Origin: Nitrospirae bacterium UBA4572 | GTDB lineage: Bacteria > Nitrospirota > Leptospirillia > Leptospirillales > Leptospirillaceae | DNA length: 63,193 nucleotides | Direction of reading: 5' to 3' | Assembly: GCA_002387725.1 (NCBI GenBank) | Contig: DGKK01000025.1 | Coordinates: 10,400 to 73,592 of the forward strand | In this document: positions 1 to 9,113 of the stretch, piece by piece | Layout: each line of letters opens with the position of its first letter | Position numbering within the stretch: the first letter of the stretch is position 1 | Notes under the pieces: generated by a model | Told to the model about the DNA's origin: nothing | What the model saw: only the letters and a program-made list of their open reading frames with translations | Database searches by the model: none | Program-made: the position numbers and the translations under genes

Positions 1-515
1 ACCGGGGCAATGCCTTCCGGTCCCGCCGGGGTCAGGACCGAGATTTCCCGGACTCCGGCCACTCGGGCCACCGTGGCTGTCATGAGGACCGTCGAAGGAT
101 AGAGGGCGGTGCCTCCGGGGACGTAGACGGCCACACGGTCGAGCGGGGTCCAGCGCATTCCTCCCCGGGGGCCGGCCGGGAGATCGGTCAGGGCCTGGCG
201 GGCCCTTTCATGGGTGGCCCGGATGCGCTCTGCGGCATAGGCCAAGGCCTCGCGCAAGGGAGGGGTGAGAGCCTTCCAGGCCGCCTCGGCCCGGTCCCGG
301 GAGAGTTCTAGGTCCTTCTCTCCGCCGGAAAATCCGTCCAGCCGCCGGGCCCAGTCGAGGACGGCCGCGTTCTTTCCGCTACGGATGGAGGCGATGATGT
401 CCGAGACCCGTTCCCGCACGGATCGGGCCTCTTCGTCCTTTCCCCGCGCCAGGACGGGGGCAAGGATTTCCCGGGCATGCTCCAGATCCTTGACGCGGTT
501 CACCTTCATGGTCAT
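1..515 (-). CDS. hisD: Histidinol dehydrogenase, N-terminal ~171 aa (gene runs off the window start)
   Basis: Own translation of the minus strand from ATG at 515: MTMKVNRVKDLEHAREIL...RVAVYVPGGTALYPSTVLMTATVARVAGV. The YVPGGxAxYPSxVLM block is typical of HisD. GGAGGG SD lies upstream, directly downstream of hisG. Confidence 0.85.
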   Translation of the reverse strand, partial: MTMKVNRVKDLEHAREILAPVLARGKDEEARSVRERVSDIIASIRSGKNAAVLDWARRLDGFSGGEKDLELSRDRAEAAWKALTPPLREALAYAAERIRATHERARQALTDLPAGPRGGMRWTPLDRVAVYVPGGTALYPSTVLMTATVARVAGVREISVLTPAGPEGIAP

Positions 516-527
516 CAGCCCTCCGGT

Positions 528-1145
528 CTACCCTGAAATCACGGGAGATTCGGGAACATGCGGACGAATCCTGTCGATGAGCGTCCGAACCGCCTCGTTT
601 CTGGTGGCCCATGAGGATGGGTTTACGATGAATCGGGCGGTGGAGGGGAGGATCTCTTCCTCGATCTCCAGGCGATTCTCCCGCAAGGTTCGTCCGGTGG
701 CCACCAGGTCCACGATCCAGTCGGCGAGCCCTGTTCGGGGGGCCAGCTCCAGGGAGCCATAAAGCTTGAGGATCGAGACCGGAATCCCGCGGGCAAGAAA
801 GTGAGTCTCGGTGATCCGCGGATATTTCGTGGCGATCCGGAGCGCCCGTTTTTCTTCCCCCATGGGCCGGTTCTCTTCCGGGCGGGCGACGACAAGGCGG
901 CAGTATCCGATATTGAGGTTGAGGGGGGAGATGACCTCCCGGTTCTGTTCCTCGATCTGGTCCCGGCCCACCACGCCCGCATCGGCCCCGCCGAATTCGA
1001 CATACGGAATGACGTCGGTGGAACGGACAAAGAGGATGGAAAGGGAGCCGCAGTCGGAGCGTGAGGTCAGGGCCCGGGGATTCTTTTTGTAATCGGCGAA
1101 TCCATAGCCCCCCCTTTCGAGGAGAGAGAGGATGTCCTCGAACAT
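528..1145 (-). CDS. hisG: ATP phosphoribosyltransferase (short HisG form)
   Basis: 205-aa ORF with HisG-like blocks (LRIATKYP, LELAPRTGLADWIVDLVATGRTLREN). Followed by hisD. Confidence 0.9.
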   Translation of the reverse strand: MFEDILSLLERGGYGFADYKKNPRALTSRSDCGSLSILFVRSTDVIPYVEFGGADAGVVGRDQIEEQNREVISPLNLNIGYCRLVVARPEENRPMGEEKRALRIATKYPRITETHFLARGIPVSILKLYGSLELAPRTGLADWIVDLVATGRTLRENRLEIEEEILPSTARFIVNPSSWATRNEAVRTLIDRIRPHVPESPVISG

Positions 1146-1183
1146 CTTTCCCTTGGGAAGGGCCAGGACAAGAGGCTCTGCGC

Positions 1184-2494
1184 TTATGGCGAATCCTCCT
1201 GAATGCGTTTGATCCGGGCCCCCAGGGCTTCGAGCTTCTTCTCGATCGCCTCGTATCCCCGGTCGATATGATAGACCCGCCTGACCTCCGTTTCGCCCTC
1301 GGCGATGAGTCCGGCCAGAACCAGCCCCGCAGAGGCGCGGAGATCGGAGGCCATGACGGCGGCCCCTTCGAGGCGGCTTCCCCCCCGAACCATGGCCTGG
1401 GAGCCATGGATTTCGATGTTGGCCCCCATCCGGTTCATCTCCATGACATGGGTGAAGCGATTTTCAAAGACGGTCTCAACGACTGACGAGGGGCCTTCCG
1501 CTATGGCCATCAGCGGAAGAATCTGCGCCTGCATGTCCGTGGGAAATCCCGGATAGGGAAGGGTTCGAAGGGAGAGGCCCCGGGGGCGGCGGATGGCCCC
1601 GAGGGTGATCGCTCCCGTATGGATTTCGGCCTCGGCCCCCATCGCCTTCAGCACGTCGAGGATGGAGGAGAGGGGGGAGGACTCGACCTCCCTGATGGTG
1701 ACTTCCTCTCCCAAGAGGGCGGCGGCCACCAGGAACGTTCCGGCTTCGATCCTGTCGAACATCACGGAGTAATGGACCGGATCGAGCCGCTCCACCCCGA
1801 CGATGCGGATGGTCGATGTTCCGGCTCCGGTGATTCGGGCTCCCCTCGCCACGAGGAAGTTCGCAAGATCGACGATCTCGGGTTCCTCTGCCGCGTTGGT
1901 GATCGTCGTGGTCCCGCGGGCAAGGACCGCGGCCATCATGATGTTTTCCGTCCCCGTCACCGTTGGGTAGGGCAGCGAGATCTCGCTGCCCTCAAGGCCA
2001 TCGGTCTCGGCATCGATATATCCATGGTGGATGGTGATCCGGGCCCCCATGCGCTCGAAGGCCTTGAGGTGCATGTCGATGGGACGGGCTCCGATCAGGC
2101 ATCCGCCCGGGAGGGAGACCCGGGCCCTTTTCCGTCGTGCCAGGAGCGGACCCAGACAAAGGACAGAGGCCCGCATCGTGCGCACGAGATCATAGGGGGC
2201 TTCGAAGGGAGAGGTTGTTCCTTCCGAGATCTCCAAAAGATCCGACCAGATGGGCTCGTTGTGGTCGAATCCTTTCGATTCTGCCAAGGGTTCCGGGCGG
2301 ACGGAGATCTTCAGCCCCAATTGTTCGAGAAGAAGGAGCGTTGTCTTGACGTCCCGAAGACAGGGAACGTTCGACAGGGAGAAGGATCCGCCGAGAAGGG
2401 AGGAAAAGAGGATCGGAAGGGCGGCGTTTTTCGAACCGGAAATCCTGACCGTTCCGCGTAGGGGATGGCCTCCGACAATTCTGAATGCGTCCAA
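1184..2494 (-). CDS. murA: UDP-N-acetylglucosamine 1-carboxyvinyltransferase
   Basis: 436-aa ORF. N-terminus MDAFRIVGGHPLRGTVRISGSKNAALPIL and length are typical of MurA. Confidence 0.95.
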   Translation of the reverse strand: MDAFRIVGGHPLRGTVRISGSKNAALPILFSSLLGGSFSLSNVPCLRDVKTTLLLLEQLGLKISVRPEPLAESKGFDHNEPIWSDLLEISEGTTSPFEAPYDLVRTMRASVLCLGPLLARRKRARVSLPGGCLIGARPIDMHLKAFERMGARITIHHGYIDAETDGLEGSEISLPYPTVTGTENIMMAAVLARGTTTITNAAEEPEIVDLANFLVARGARITGAGTSTIRIVGVERLDPVHYSVMFDRIEAGTFLVAAALLGEEVTIREVESSPLSSILDVLKAMGAEAEIHTGAITLGAIRRPRGLSLRTLPYPGFPTDMQAQILPLMAIAEGPSSVVETVFENRFTHVMEMNRMGANIEIHGSQAMVRGGSRLEGAAVMASDLRASAGLVLAGLIAEGETEVRRVYHIDRGYEAIEKKLEALGARIKRIQEDSP

Positions 2495-2503
2495 GGAACG
2501 TCC

Positions 2504-3436
2504 TTATCCTGTCCAGAAGACAATCCGGTGACGTCCCGAGATGTCCCTGATGATTGTGGGAAGCGGGGTTGCGCCCCCTGTCTTGCCGGCCATGGCTGAA
2601 AAAAGAGTGGGATCGCCCATGTCGTCACCGATTTCGAGGGCGATCAGCCCCCCTTCCCGAATCAGGCGAAAGGCCCGGGGAAGGATCTTCCGGTAAGGAT
2701 CGAGGCCATCGGCCCCCCCATCGAGGGCGCTCGCCGGTTCGTACGCACGAACCTCCGGTTCGAGCGCGGGGATCGTGTCCGTGGGGATATAGGGAGGGTT
2801 GGAGAGGATGCAGTCGAAGACCGGCCGCTCCCCGAACATCTCTTCCCAGTCTCCCCGGACGACGGCCAGACGGTCGACAAGTCGATGGCGCCGCCTGTTT
2901 TCAAGAAGTGTGGCAAGGGCGAGCGGTTCCCGCTCCACCGCCACGGCCCGGGCCTCCGGACGTTCAAGAAGAAATGAAAGGGCGATGACTCCGCTTCCCG
3001 ATCCCAGGTCGAGGATTCGAAGAGGCTCCCTTCCCTTGGAGGCGGCGGTATGCCGAAGGGCCAGTTCGACCAGCTGTTCCGTTTCGGGCCGGGGGATCAG
3101 AACACCAGGTGCAAGGAAAAACGAGTGTCCGCAAAAGGTGATCTCCCCCGTGATCAGATGATGGGGTTCCCTGGCCGCCCGTCGGTTGATCCAGTCTTCA
3201 TAACGGGAGGCAAGCTCTTTTTCGAGCCGCTCCCGGGAACGGGTCCAGGGGGCCGTTCCCGAGGACAGAAGGGCGGACATCAGAAGTCGTGCCTCCCGCT
3301 CCGGATCCTCAAGGGCCCTGAGGGCGCTTTTTCCCCAGCGAAGCCACGCCTCGATGGTCGCGTCGCCGGATGGCCGAGGCTCAGGAGATATTCTTGATCT
3401 CCTCGGCCCGGTCGTGGGCCCTGAGGGCATCGACAA
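2504..3436 (-). CDS. prmC: Release-factor glutamine N5-methyltransferase
   Basis: 310-aa ORF with SAM motif LDLGSGSGVIA and NPPY tetrad (ILSNPPYIP). Immediately downstream of prfA. The annotated start overlaps the prfA end by 56 nt, so the exact start is uncertain. Confidence 0.88.
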   Translation of the reverse strand: MSMPSGPTTGPRRSRISPEPRPSGDATIEAWLRWGKSALRALEDPEREARLLMSALLSSGTAPWTRSRERLEKELASRYEDWINRRAAREPHHLITGEITFCGHSFFLAPGVLIPRPETEQLVELALRHTAASKGREPLRILDLGSGSGVIALSFLLERPEARAVAVEREPLALATLLENRRRHRLVDRLAVVRGDWEEMFGERPVFDCILSNPPYIPTDTIPALEPEVRAYEPASALDGGADGLDPYRKILPRAFRLIREGGLIALEIGDDMGDPTLFSAMAGKTGGATPLPTIIRDISGRHRIVFWTG

Positions 3437-4469
3437 GCGGTTCGAGTTCCCCCTCCATGACCCGGTCCAGCTGGTAGAGCGTCAGGCCGATCCGGTGGTC
3501 CGTCACTCTGTTCTGGGGAAAGTTGTAGGTCCGGATGCGCTCCGAGCGATCTCCCGATCCCACGAGGGTTTTTCGCTGGGAGGCGATCTCCTGGTTCTGG
3601 CGGGAGACCTCCTGCTCGAGGAGCCGTGACCGGAGAACGGACATGGCTTTGGTCCGGTTCTTGAGCTGGGAGCGCTCGTCCTGGCAGCTGACGACGATCC
3701 CTGACGGAATATGGGTGATGCGGACGGCGGAGTAGGTGGTATTCACACTCTGTCCTCCCGCTCCGGAGGAGCAGAAGGTGTCGATCCGAAGATCCTTCTG
3801 TTCGATATCGACCTCGACCTCGCTAGCTTCGGGGAGGATGGCGACGGTCACGGTGGAGGTATGAATCCGGCCTCCTGCCTCCGTCACGGGAACCCGCTGG
3901 ACCCGGTGGACGCCGCTTTCATACTTGAGGCGGCTGAAGGCGTTGCGGCCCTGAACGTAGATGATGAACTCCTTGGAGCCCCCGATGTCGGTTTCGTTGG
4001 ATTCCATCACCTCGGCCCGAAAACCCTGGCGTTCTACAAAGCGCAGGTACATTCGTCCGAGCTCGGCTGCAAAAAGGGCGGCTTCCTCACCTCCGGCCCC
4101 GGCACGGATTTCGATGAAGAGATTCCTTTCATCCCGCTGGTCCTTGGGCAAAATGGCGTCGACGAGCCGAAGCTCCGTCCCTTCAAGGACTTCCCGAAGC
4201 CTCCGGTCCTCTCCCGACACGAGCTCGGCCATTTGGGGGTCGTCCCGGATCAGGTCAAGCTCTTCCTGTTCCTTGCGGAGTCGCTTCCACTGGTCGTAGA
4301 GCTCGACCACAGGGGCAAGCTCCGCCTGGTCCATGGCCAACTTCCGGTACAGATCCGGGGATCTGGCGATCTCCGGACTGGCCATCTTCCCGGAGAGTTC
4401 GTCGAAACGGTCGCGCATCGACTGGAGCCGGGGAATGATCTTCTCGAGAATGCCGGGTGTGACATCCAT
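3381..4469 (-). CDS. prfA: Peptide chain release factor 1
   Basis: 362-aa ORF with GGQ motif (SGAGGQSVNTT) and RF1-type PVT tripeptide (QRVPVTE). Confidence 0.97.
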   Translation of the reverse strand: MDVTPGILEKIIPRLQSMRDRFDELSGKMASPEIARSPDLYRKLAMDQAELAPVVELYDQWKRLRKEQEELDLIRDDPQMAELVSGEDRRLREVLEGTELRLVDAILPKDQRDERNLFIEIRAGAGGEEAALFAAELGRMYLRFVERQGFRAEVMESNETDIGGSKEFIIYVQGRNAFSRLKYESGVHRVQRVPVTEAGGRIHTSTVTVAILPEASEVEVDIEQKDLRIDTFCSSGAGGQSVNTTYSAVRITHIPSGIVVSCQDERSQLKNRTKAMSVLRSRLLEQEVSRQNQEIASQRKTLVGSGDRSERIRTYNFPQNRVTDHRIGLTLYQLDRVMEGELEPLVDALRAHDRAEEIKNIS

Positions 4470-4481
4470 GGAAAAGGGTCC

Positions 4482-4724
4482 TTAGCCTTTTTTTGCATCC
4501 TCTTTGCGGTATTTCTTCATGAAGCGCTCCACGCGGCCTTCGGTGTCGATGATCTTCTGGGTCCCGGTGAAGAAGGGATGGCACATGTTGCAGATGTCGA
4601 GGTGAAGGTTCCCGACGGTGGTCCGGGTTTCAAAGACATTTCCGCAGGCGCAGTTGACCGTTGCGGCGTTGTAGCTGGGGTGAATTCCTTTTTTCATGAG
4701 ACCGGTCTCCTTAAGGTGAAGCAT
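4482..4724 (-). CDS. rpmE: 50S ribosomal protein L31 (Cys-containing form)
   Basis: 80-aa [25 protein letters not shown]...[10 protein letters not shown], the canonical L31 pattern. Confidence 0.95.
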   Translation of the reverse strand: MLHLKETGLMKKGIHPSYNAATVNCACGNVFETRTTVGNLHLDICNMCHPFFTGTQKIIDTEGRVERFMKKYRKEDAKKG

Positions 4725-4750
4725 GGATGGAAATGATTCCAGGACTGATT

Positions 4751-6022
4751 TCAGCCCTTCATCATTTTTTCAAGGAAGTCCTTGTTGCTTCGGCTTCCCT
4801 TCATATTGCTCAACAGGTACTCCATATCCTCTTGCGCATTGTTCGAGTTCATGGCCTTTCGGAGTATCCATATTTTATTGATATCGTCCTTGTCCAGCAA
4901 GAGCTCTTCCTTTCGGGTGCCGGACGTGGTCGCGTTGATGGCAGGGAAGATGCGCCGATCCGCCAGGTTCCGGTCGAGATGGAGCTCCATGTTGCCTGTT
5001 CCCTTGAACTCCTCGAAGATGACGTCGTCCATGCGGCTTCCCGTATCGATCAGGGCCGTGGCGATAATGGTGAGGCTGCCCCCCTCCTCGATGTTCCGGG
5101 CGGAACCGAAGAAGCGTTTCGGACGCTGGAGGGCATTCGAGTCGAGTCCTCCCGAGAGGACCTTGCCGGAAGGGGGAGTGACGATGTTGAAGGCCCGGGC
5201 CAGACGGGTGATGCTGTCGAGGAGAATGACCACATCCTTCTGGGACTCGGCGAGACGCTTCGCCTTTTCCAGCACCATCTCCGCCACCTGAATGTGTCTC
5301 TGGGGCGGTTCGTCGAAGGTGGAGCTCACCACCTCCCCTTTGACCTGGCGGATCATGTCGGTGACCTCTTCCGGCCGCTCGTCGATCAAAAGGACGATGA
5401 GGGAGATCTCCGGATGGTTTTTGGCGATCGCCTTGGCGATCCCCTGGAGGAGGACCGTCTTTCCTGTCCGGGGAGGAGCCACGATCAGTCCGCGCTGGCC
5501 CTTTCCGATGGGGGTGAGAAGGTCGATGACGCGCATCGAAAGATCTTCCGGATTGTTTTCGAGGCGGATCCGCTCCATGGGATAAAGGGGGGTGAGGTTG
5601 TCGAAGAGAATCTTCTCCCGTCCCACCTCCGAATCTTCGAAGTTGACCTTCTCGACCTTGAGCATGGCAAAGTACCGCTCCCCCTCCTTCGGCGGACGGA
5701 TCTGGCCCCAGATGGTGTCCCCCGTCCGGAGGTTGAATCGGCGGATCTGCGAGGGGGAGACATAGATGTCGTCCGGTCCGGGAAGGTAGTTGTAGAGGGG
5801 GGAGCGCAGGAAGCCAAAGCCGTCCTGGAGGGTTTCGAGAACGCCTTCTCCGTAGATGACGCCGTTCTTTTCCGACTGGGCCTGCAGGATGGCGAAGATG
5901 AGGTCCTGCTTTCGAAGGTTGACCGCACCTTCAATGTGGTAACCCTTGGCGATGTCGGTCAGGTCGGCGATGCTCTTTTCCTTGAGCTCTGCCAGGTTTA
6001 CGCAGTTTTCTTTGTCGTCCAT
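4751..6022 (-). CDS. rho: Transcription termination factor Rho
   Basis: 423-aa ORF. Has an N-terminal RNA-binding domain, Walker [13 protein letters not shown] and a RecA-type ATPase core. Confidence 0.97.
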   Translation of the reverse strand: MDDKENCVNLAELKEKSIADLTDIAKGYHIEGAVNLRKQDLIFAILQAQSEKNGVIYGEGVLETLQDGFGFLRSPLYNYLPGPDDIYVSPSQIRRFNLRTGDTIWGQIRPPKEGERYFAMLKVEKVNFEDSEVGREKILFDNLTPLYPMERIRLENNPEDLSMRVIDLLTPIGKGQRGLIVAPPRTGKTVLLQGIAKAIAKNHPEISLIVLLIDERPEEVTDMIRQVKGEVVSSTFDEPPQRHIQVAEMVLEKAKRLAESQKDVVILLDSITRLARAFNIVTPPSGKVLSGGLDSNALQRPKRFFGSARNIEEGGSLTIIATALIDTGSRMDDVIFEEFKGTGNMELHLDRNLADRRIFPAINATTSGTRKEELLLDKDDINKIWILRKAMNSNNAQEDMEYLLSNMKGSRSNKDFLEKMMKG

Positions 6023-6468
6023 CTTTCTGGAACTCCTTCGTCGGCTTTGGGAAGGCGTGTCTCGTGTGGCAGGTTTGGTGCGTCTGCGTTTTTCATCATC
6101 GGAGCCCGATGGTCAGGGTTTTTCAGGCGTTTCGGCCTGGCCGCACCGTTCTCCGGGACGTCAGCATCGCATGTTTCACTTGGGTCGAATCCGCCCCATT
6201 CCAGAGGACGGGGCCTAAGGACGGGAAAATGGTTCGTCCGTCCGCCATCAAATCAGCACCGGTGTCATCCTGAGGGAGGCAACATTGTCAGGTCTTTTCC
6301 AAGAACTTTCCGGTAGGAATGGGTGTGTGGATGGCCGATGAAGGTTCTCTTGGATGGGCGATCGATGTGCGTCCCTTTGCCGGAAGGCTTCATCCGTAAA
6401 GGTTCGTCGGGGGGTCACATTCACGCAACGGGATGCCTAGGACCACCTCAAAGACTGAGACTACAACG

Positions 6469-6498
6469 ATTAAATATGACTTCCTCACATTTTGTCAA
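6469..6498 (-). promoter_or_regulatory. Candidate sigma70-type promoter for rho (-35 TTGACA, 18-nt spacer, -10 TTTAAT)
   Basis: Read on the minus strand: TTGACA (6498-6493) and TTTAAT (6474-6469). It would give a ~440-nt leader before the rho ATG at 6022. Confidence 0.4.
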
Positions 6499-6525
6499 GT
6501 GATTGGTTCGGGAGCAAATGAAGTG

Positions 6526-6547
6526 CAGGGAGGGAATTCCCTCCCTG
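6526..6547 (-). terminator. Perfect 11-bp inverted repeat (CAGGGAGGGAA/TTCCCTCCCTG) 18 nt downstream of the cytochrome c stop
   Basis: Seen directly. Flanked by an A-run on one side and a T-run on the other (ACTTTTTGG on the plus strand), so it may act bidirectionally. The U-tract on the minus-strand transcript is imperfect (CACUUCAUUUG). Confidence 0.55.
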
Positions 6548-6564
6548 ACTTTTTGGAAAGGATC

Positions 6565-7119
6565 TTACTTGGCTGCGGTGTTGAGGAACTCAGGCTTGAT
6601 GTTGCCAGCGGCCTCTTCCTTCACGGGCTGCTTGCTGACCCAATCGGCCGAGCCTTCGACGCAGGACATGTCGCCGCCGCATCCGAGGCTTCTTTCGTAG
6701 ATCACGGCTTCCCATGCCTGCTTCTCGGTGATCTGGCCGGCGGTCACGAAACCGACCATGGCGGGCTGGAGAGGGGAACCATTGGCGACGACCCAGTACA
6801 TCTCGCCGGCGGTCCGGGCCTGCTCAAATTTGGCATTGGTAAAATTGCGGGGAGCTGGATCCATTCCGGCAGCGCCAGGACCGTTTCCGTCACCGGCGGC
6901 ACCATGGCAGGTGTAGCAGGTTCCGGCACCGTTGAACACTTCCTTGCCCTTGGCAATCATGTCCTGGGTCACGGCGAAGGGGGGCTTCATCGCCTTTGCC
7001 GCAGCGATCTGGTCGGCGGGAACGCGGGGCTTCAGGATGTCGAGCTCTCCGGCGTTGGCGCTCATCGCGGAGAAACCGATGGCGGCCACACCGAGAACTG
7101 CCATTTTCCATGTTTTCAT
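6565..7119 (-). CDS. Periplasmic monoheme class-I c-type cytochrome with a C-terminal extension
   Basis: 184-aa ORF. Signal peptide MKTWKMAVLGVAAIGFSAMSANA, a single CXXCH (CYTCH, aa 68-72), a likely Met ligand in SPLQPAMVGF, and a GGAGGG SD. Extra Cys pair CGGDMSC near the C-terminus. Confidence 0.85.
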   Translation of the reverse strand: MKTWKMAVLGVAAIGFSAMSANAGELDILKPRVPADQIAAAKAMKPPFAVTQDMIAKGKEVFNGAGTCYTCHGAAGDGNGPGAAGMDPAPRNFTNAKFEQARTAGEMYWVVANGSPLQPAMVGFVTAGQITEKQAWEAVIYERSLGCGGDMSCVEGSADWVSKQPVKEEAAGNIKPEFLNTAAK

Positions 7120-7399
7120 AAGACGGACCCTCCGTAGAGTTGATCAAAATTAATCGCATCGCAAAGGGACGGAGTCAGTTAAGATTCCATTCTCGAACAA
7201 TGATTCGGAAGGAGGCCATGGATGACTTCCGGGATTTTTGCGATGATTTCTTGGAGAAACACGGCTCATTACATCACCCAATCAAGTCATTGTCAAGGGT
7301 AGGGGGGAAATCGATTCTCGACTTTTTCCCGTCGACGGCATCTCTCGGCTAAAATCCTGCGGGATTGCCCTTTGGATTGGAGTTCTGTAAGATCCCCTC

Positions 7400-8227
7400 A
7401 TGCCATTTCTTCCGGGAGAGCCCCTTATCCTCTATATGCCGAATGGTCGGACCATTTCGGTGTCATCTCTTGTTCACGGCAAGAAGACCCACGTCGACGG
7501 TGTTCCCCTGCCCCACGACCTTCTGATGGAAAAGGCCTCCGAAGGGATTCCCTTTCCCCTTGAGCGAGGGGGGTGGGTCCTCCCCTTCCGTCCGACCCAT
7601 GCCGAATCCCTCTCCCATCTGAAGCGCCGGACCCAGATCATTTACCCCAAAGACCAGGGGCTGATCCTCCTTTGGGCGGACATCCATCCCGGTCACAGGG
7701 TGCTGGAGTCGGGCGTGGGAAGCGGAGCCCTGACAGTGTCGCTTCTCCGAATGGTTCGCCCCGGCGGATCCCTCGTCTCCGTCGAAAGGCGCTCCGAGCA
7801 TGCCGATGAGGCCCGGGCGAACATCCGGACCTTGGATCCCGCCGGTGCGGCGGACCATGCGATGGTGATCGGGGACATGTATGAATCGGAGCTTCTCCCT
7901 GGGGAAGTCGCCGGATTCGACCGGATCATCCTCGACCTTCCAGAGCCGTGGAAAGCTGTGGACAATGTGAAACGTCTCCTGCGTCCGGGAGGGATTCTCC
8001 TCACCTATGTTCCCACACCTCTCCAGGTCCATACCCTTTCCCTGGCACTCCAGGAAACGAAGAACTTCCACCTGGTCCGGACGGTGGAGTCCATCGTTCG
8101 GGATTGGGAGTTCGGCCCCCAAAGCGTCCGTCCGGCCCATCGGATCATCGGCCATACGGGGTTCATTACAACCGCCCGCTTTTCCCCGGAACAGCTTCCC
8201 TGCATTCCTTTTGAACCCCCTTTCTAA
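7400..8227 (+). CDS. trmI: tRNA (adenine-N1)-methyltransferase, TrmI/GCD14 family
   Basis: 275-aa ORF. IIYPKDQGLILLWADIHPGHRVLESGVGSGALTVSL is characteristic of the GCD14/TrmI family. Confidence 0.82.
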   Translation: MPFLPGEPLILYMPNGRTISVSSLVHGKKTHVDGVPLPHDLLMEKASEGIPFPLERGGWVLPFRPTHAESLSHLKRRTQIIYPKDQGLILLWADIHPGHRVLESGVGSGALTVSLLRMVRPGGSLVSVERRSEHADEARANIRTLDPAGAADHAMVIGDMYESELLPGEVAGFDRIILDLPEPWKAVDNVKRLLRPGGILLTYVPTPLQVHTLSLALQETKNFHLVRTVESIVRDWEFGPQSVRPAHRIIGHTGFITTARFSPEQLPCIPFEPPF

Positions 8228-9063
8228 GAGGGCCTCTCCCGGGTACTGAGGCCGGGATGGTAGAGCTCCGGTCGACGTTGCTCAAAAAAATCGCTTTTTT
8301 CGGCCACTTTCTTCGACAGGGCCTCCTCGGGCCGGATGGTGGCCGTGATGATCTCCGGACGATCGCTCCCGGCTCTTGCCAAAATCTCCCCTTTCGGGCT
8401 CACAATCTGGCTTTCTCCGATGTAGCGAAGAGGAGAAAGCCCTCCTCTTTCCTCGGTTCCCACCCGATTGGCAGTCACGGTGAAGAGGCGGTTTTCCACC
8501 GACCGAAGGATCATTCCCTGCGGGCCAAAGGGGAGGACCCAGTTGGCAGGATGGGCGACCACGGTCGCCCCCGAGAGTGCCAGTGATCGGAGTGCCTCGG
8601 GGAAGAGCCAGTCGAAGCAGATCATGACGCCCATGGGGCCGAAGGGGGTGGTGACCACGGGGAGGGGGGATTTCCCTTCGACAAAAAAATCCCGCTCCCG
8701 GTCGAAAAGGTGGACCTTGTCGTAGGAGGCGAGAAGACGCTCACCCCAGACGACGAGGGCCCCATTGGAAATGCCATCGGCTCTCCTGATGGGAAGTCCT
8801 CCCACAACCACTGCCCCTGTTTTTCGGGAAAGGGAGGAGAGAAATTCAAAGGTGGGACCGTCTTCCGGTTCGGCCAGGCTTACCACCTCATCTTTCGAGA
8901 CAAACTGGTATCCCGTGGCGAAGAGCTCCGGAAGGACGATGAGCCCGGCAGAAGGATCCTCTTGCGAGAAGATGAGATCCTCTACCTCTTTCCGGTTCTT
9001 CTCAGGAGCTCCAAACTGGGGGGAATTTTGGATAACGGTAACCCGAATGGGGGAGGATTTCAT
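8224..9063 (-). CDS. Carbon-nitrogen hydrolase (nitrilase superfamily amidase)
   Basis: 279-aa ORF with Glu-Lys-Cys triad contexts: VLPELFATGY, YDKVHLFD, GVMICFDWLFPE. Confidence 0.85.
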   Translation of the reverse strand: MKSSPIRVTVIQNSPQFGAPEKNRKEVEDLIFSQEDPSAGLIVLPELFATGYQFVSKDEVVSLAEPEDGPTFEFLSSLSRKTGAVVVGGLPIRRADGISNGALVVWGERLLASYDKVHLFDRERDFFVEGKSPLPVVTTPFGPMGVMICFDWLFPEALRSLALSGATVVAHPANWVLPFGPQGMILRSVENRLFTVTANRVGTEERGGLSPLRYIGESQIVSPKGEILARAGSDRPEIITATIRPEEALSKKVAEKSDFFEQRRPELYHPGLSTRERPS

Positions 9064-9113
9064 CGGTAATCTCCGAGAATGGTGAAAGAGCTATCGTGCA
9101 AGAGGCAATGGAG

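Noticed and set aside
4727-6316. Very long ORFs antisense to well-supported genes. Examples: 4727-6316(+) opposite rho, 38136-39272(+) and 40154-41428(+) opposite OFOR subunits, 54805-55812(-) opposite lpxC, 58898-59902(+) opposite mutM, 59865-61022(+) opposite yeiH, 60953-61984(-) opposite amgK, 379-1407(-), and 29705-30397(-) opposite cbiD.
   Set aside because: These are typical GC-rich shadow ORFs. They have Arg/Gly/Pro/Ser-rich low-complexity translations with no recognisable motifs. In every case the opposite strand encodes a protein with clear family signatures.
7218-7352. 44-aa plus-strand ORF (MDDFRDFCDDFLEKHG...) preceded by GGAAGGAGG, in the cytochrome c / trmI divergent spacer.
   Set aside because: The SD-to-ATG spacing is only ~2 nt and there is no recognisable domain. 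It lies in a likely promoter region. Kept as unannotated, though it could be tested by Ribo-seq.
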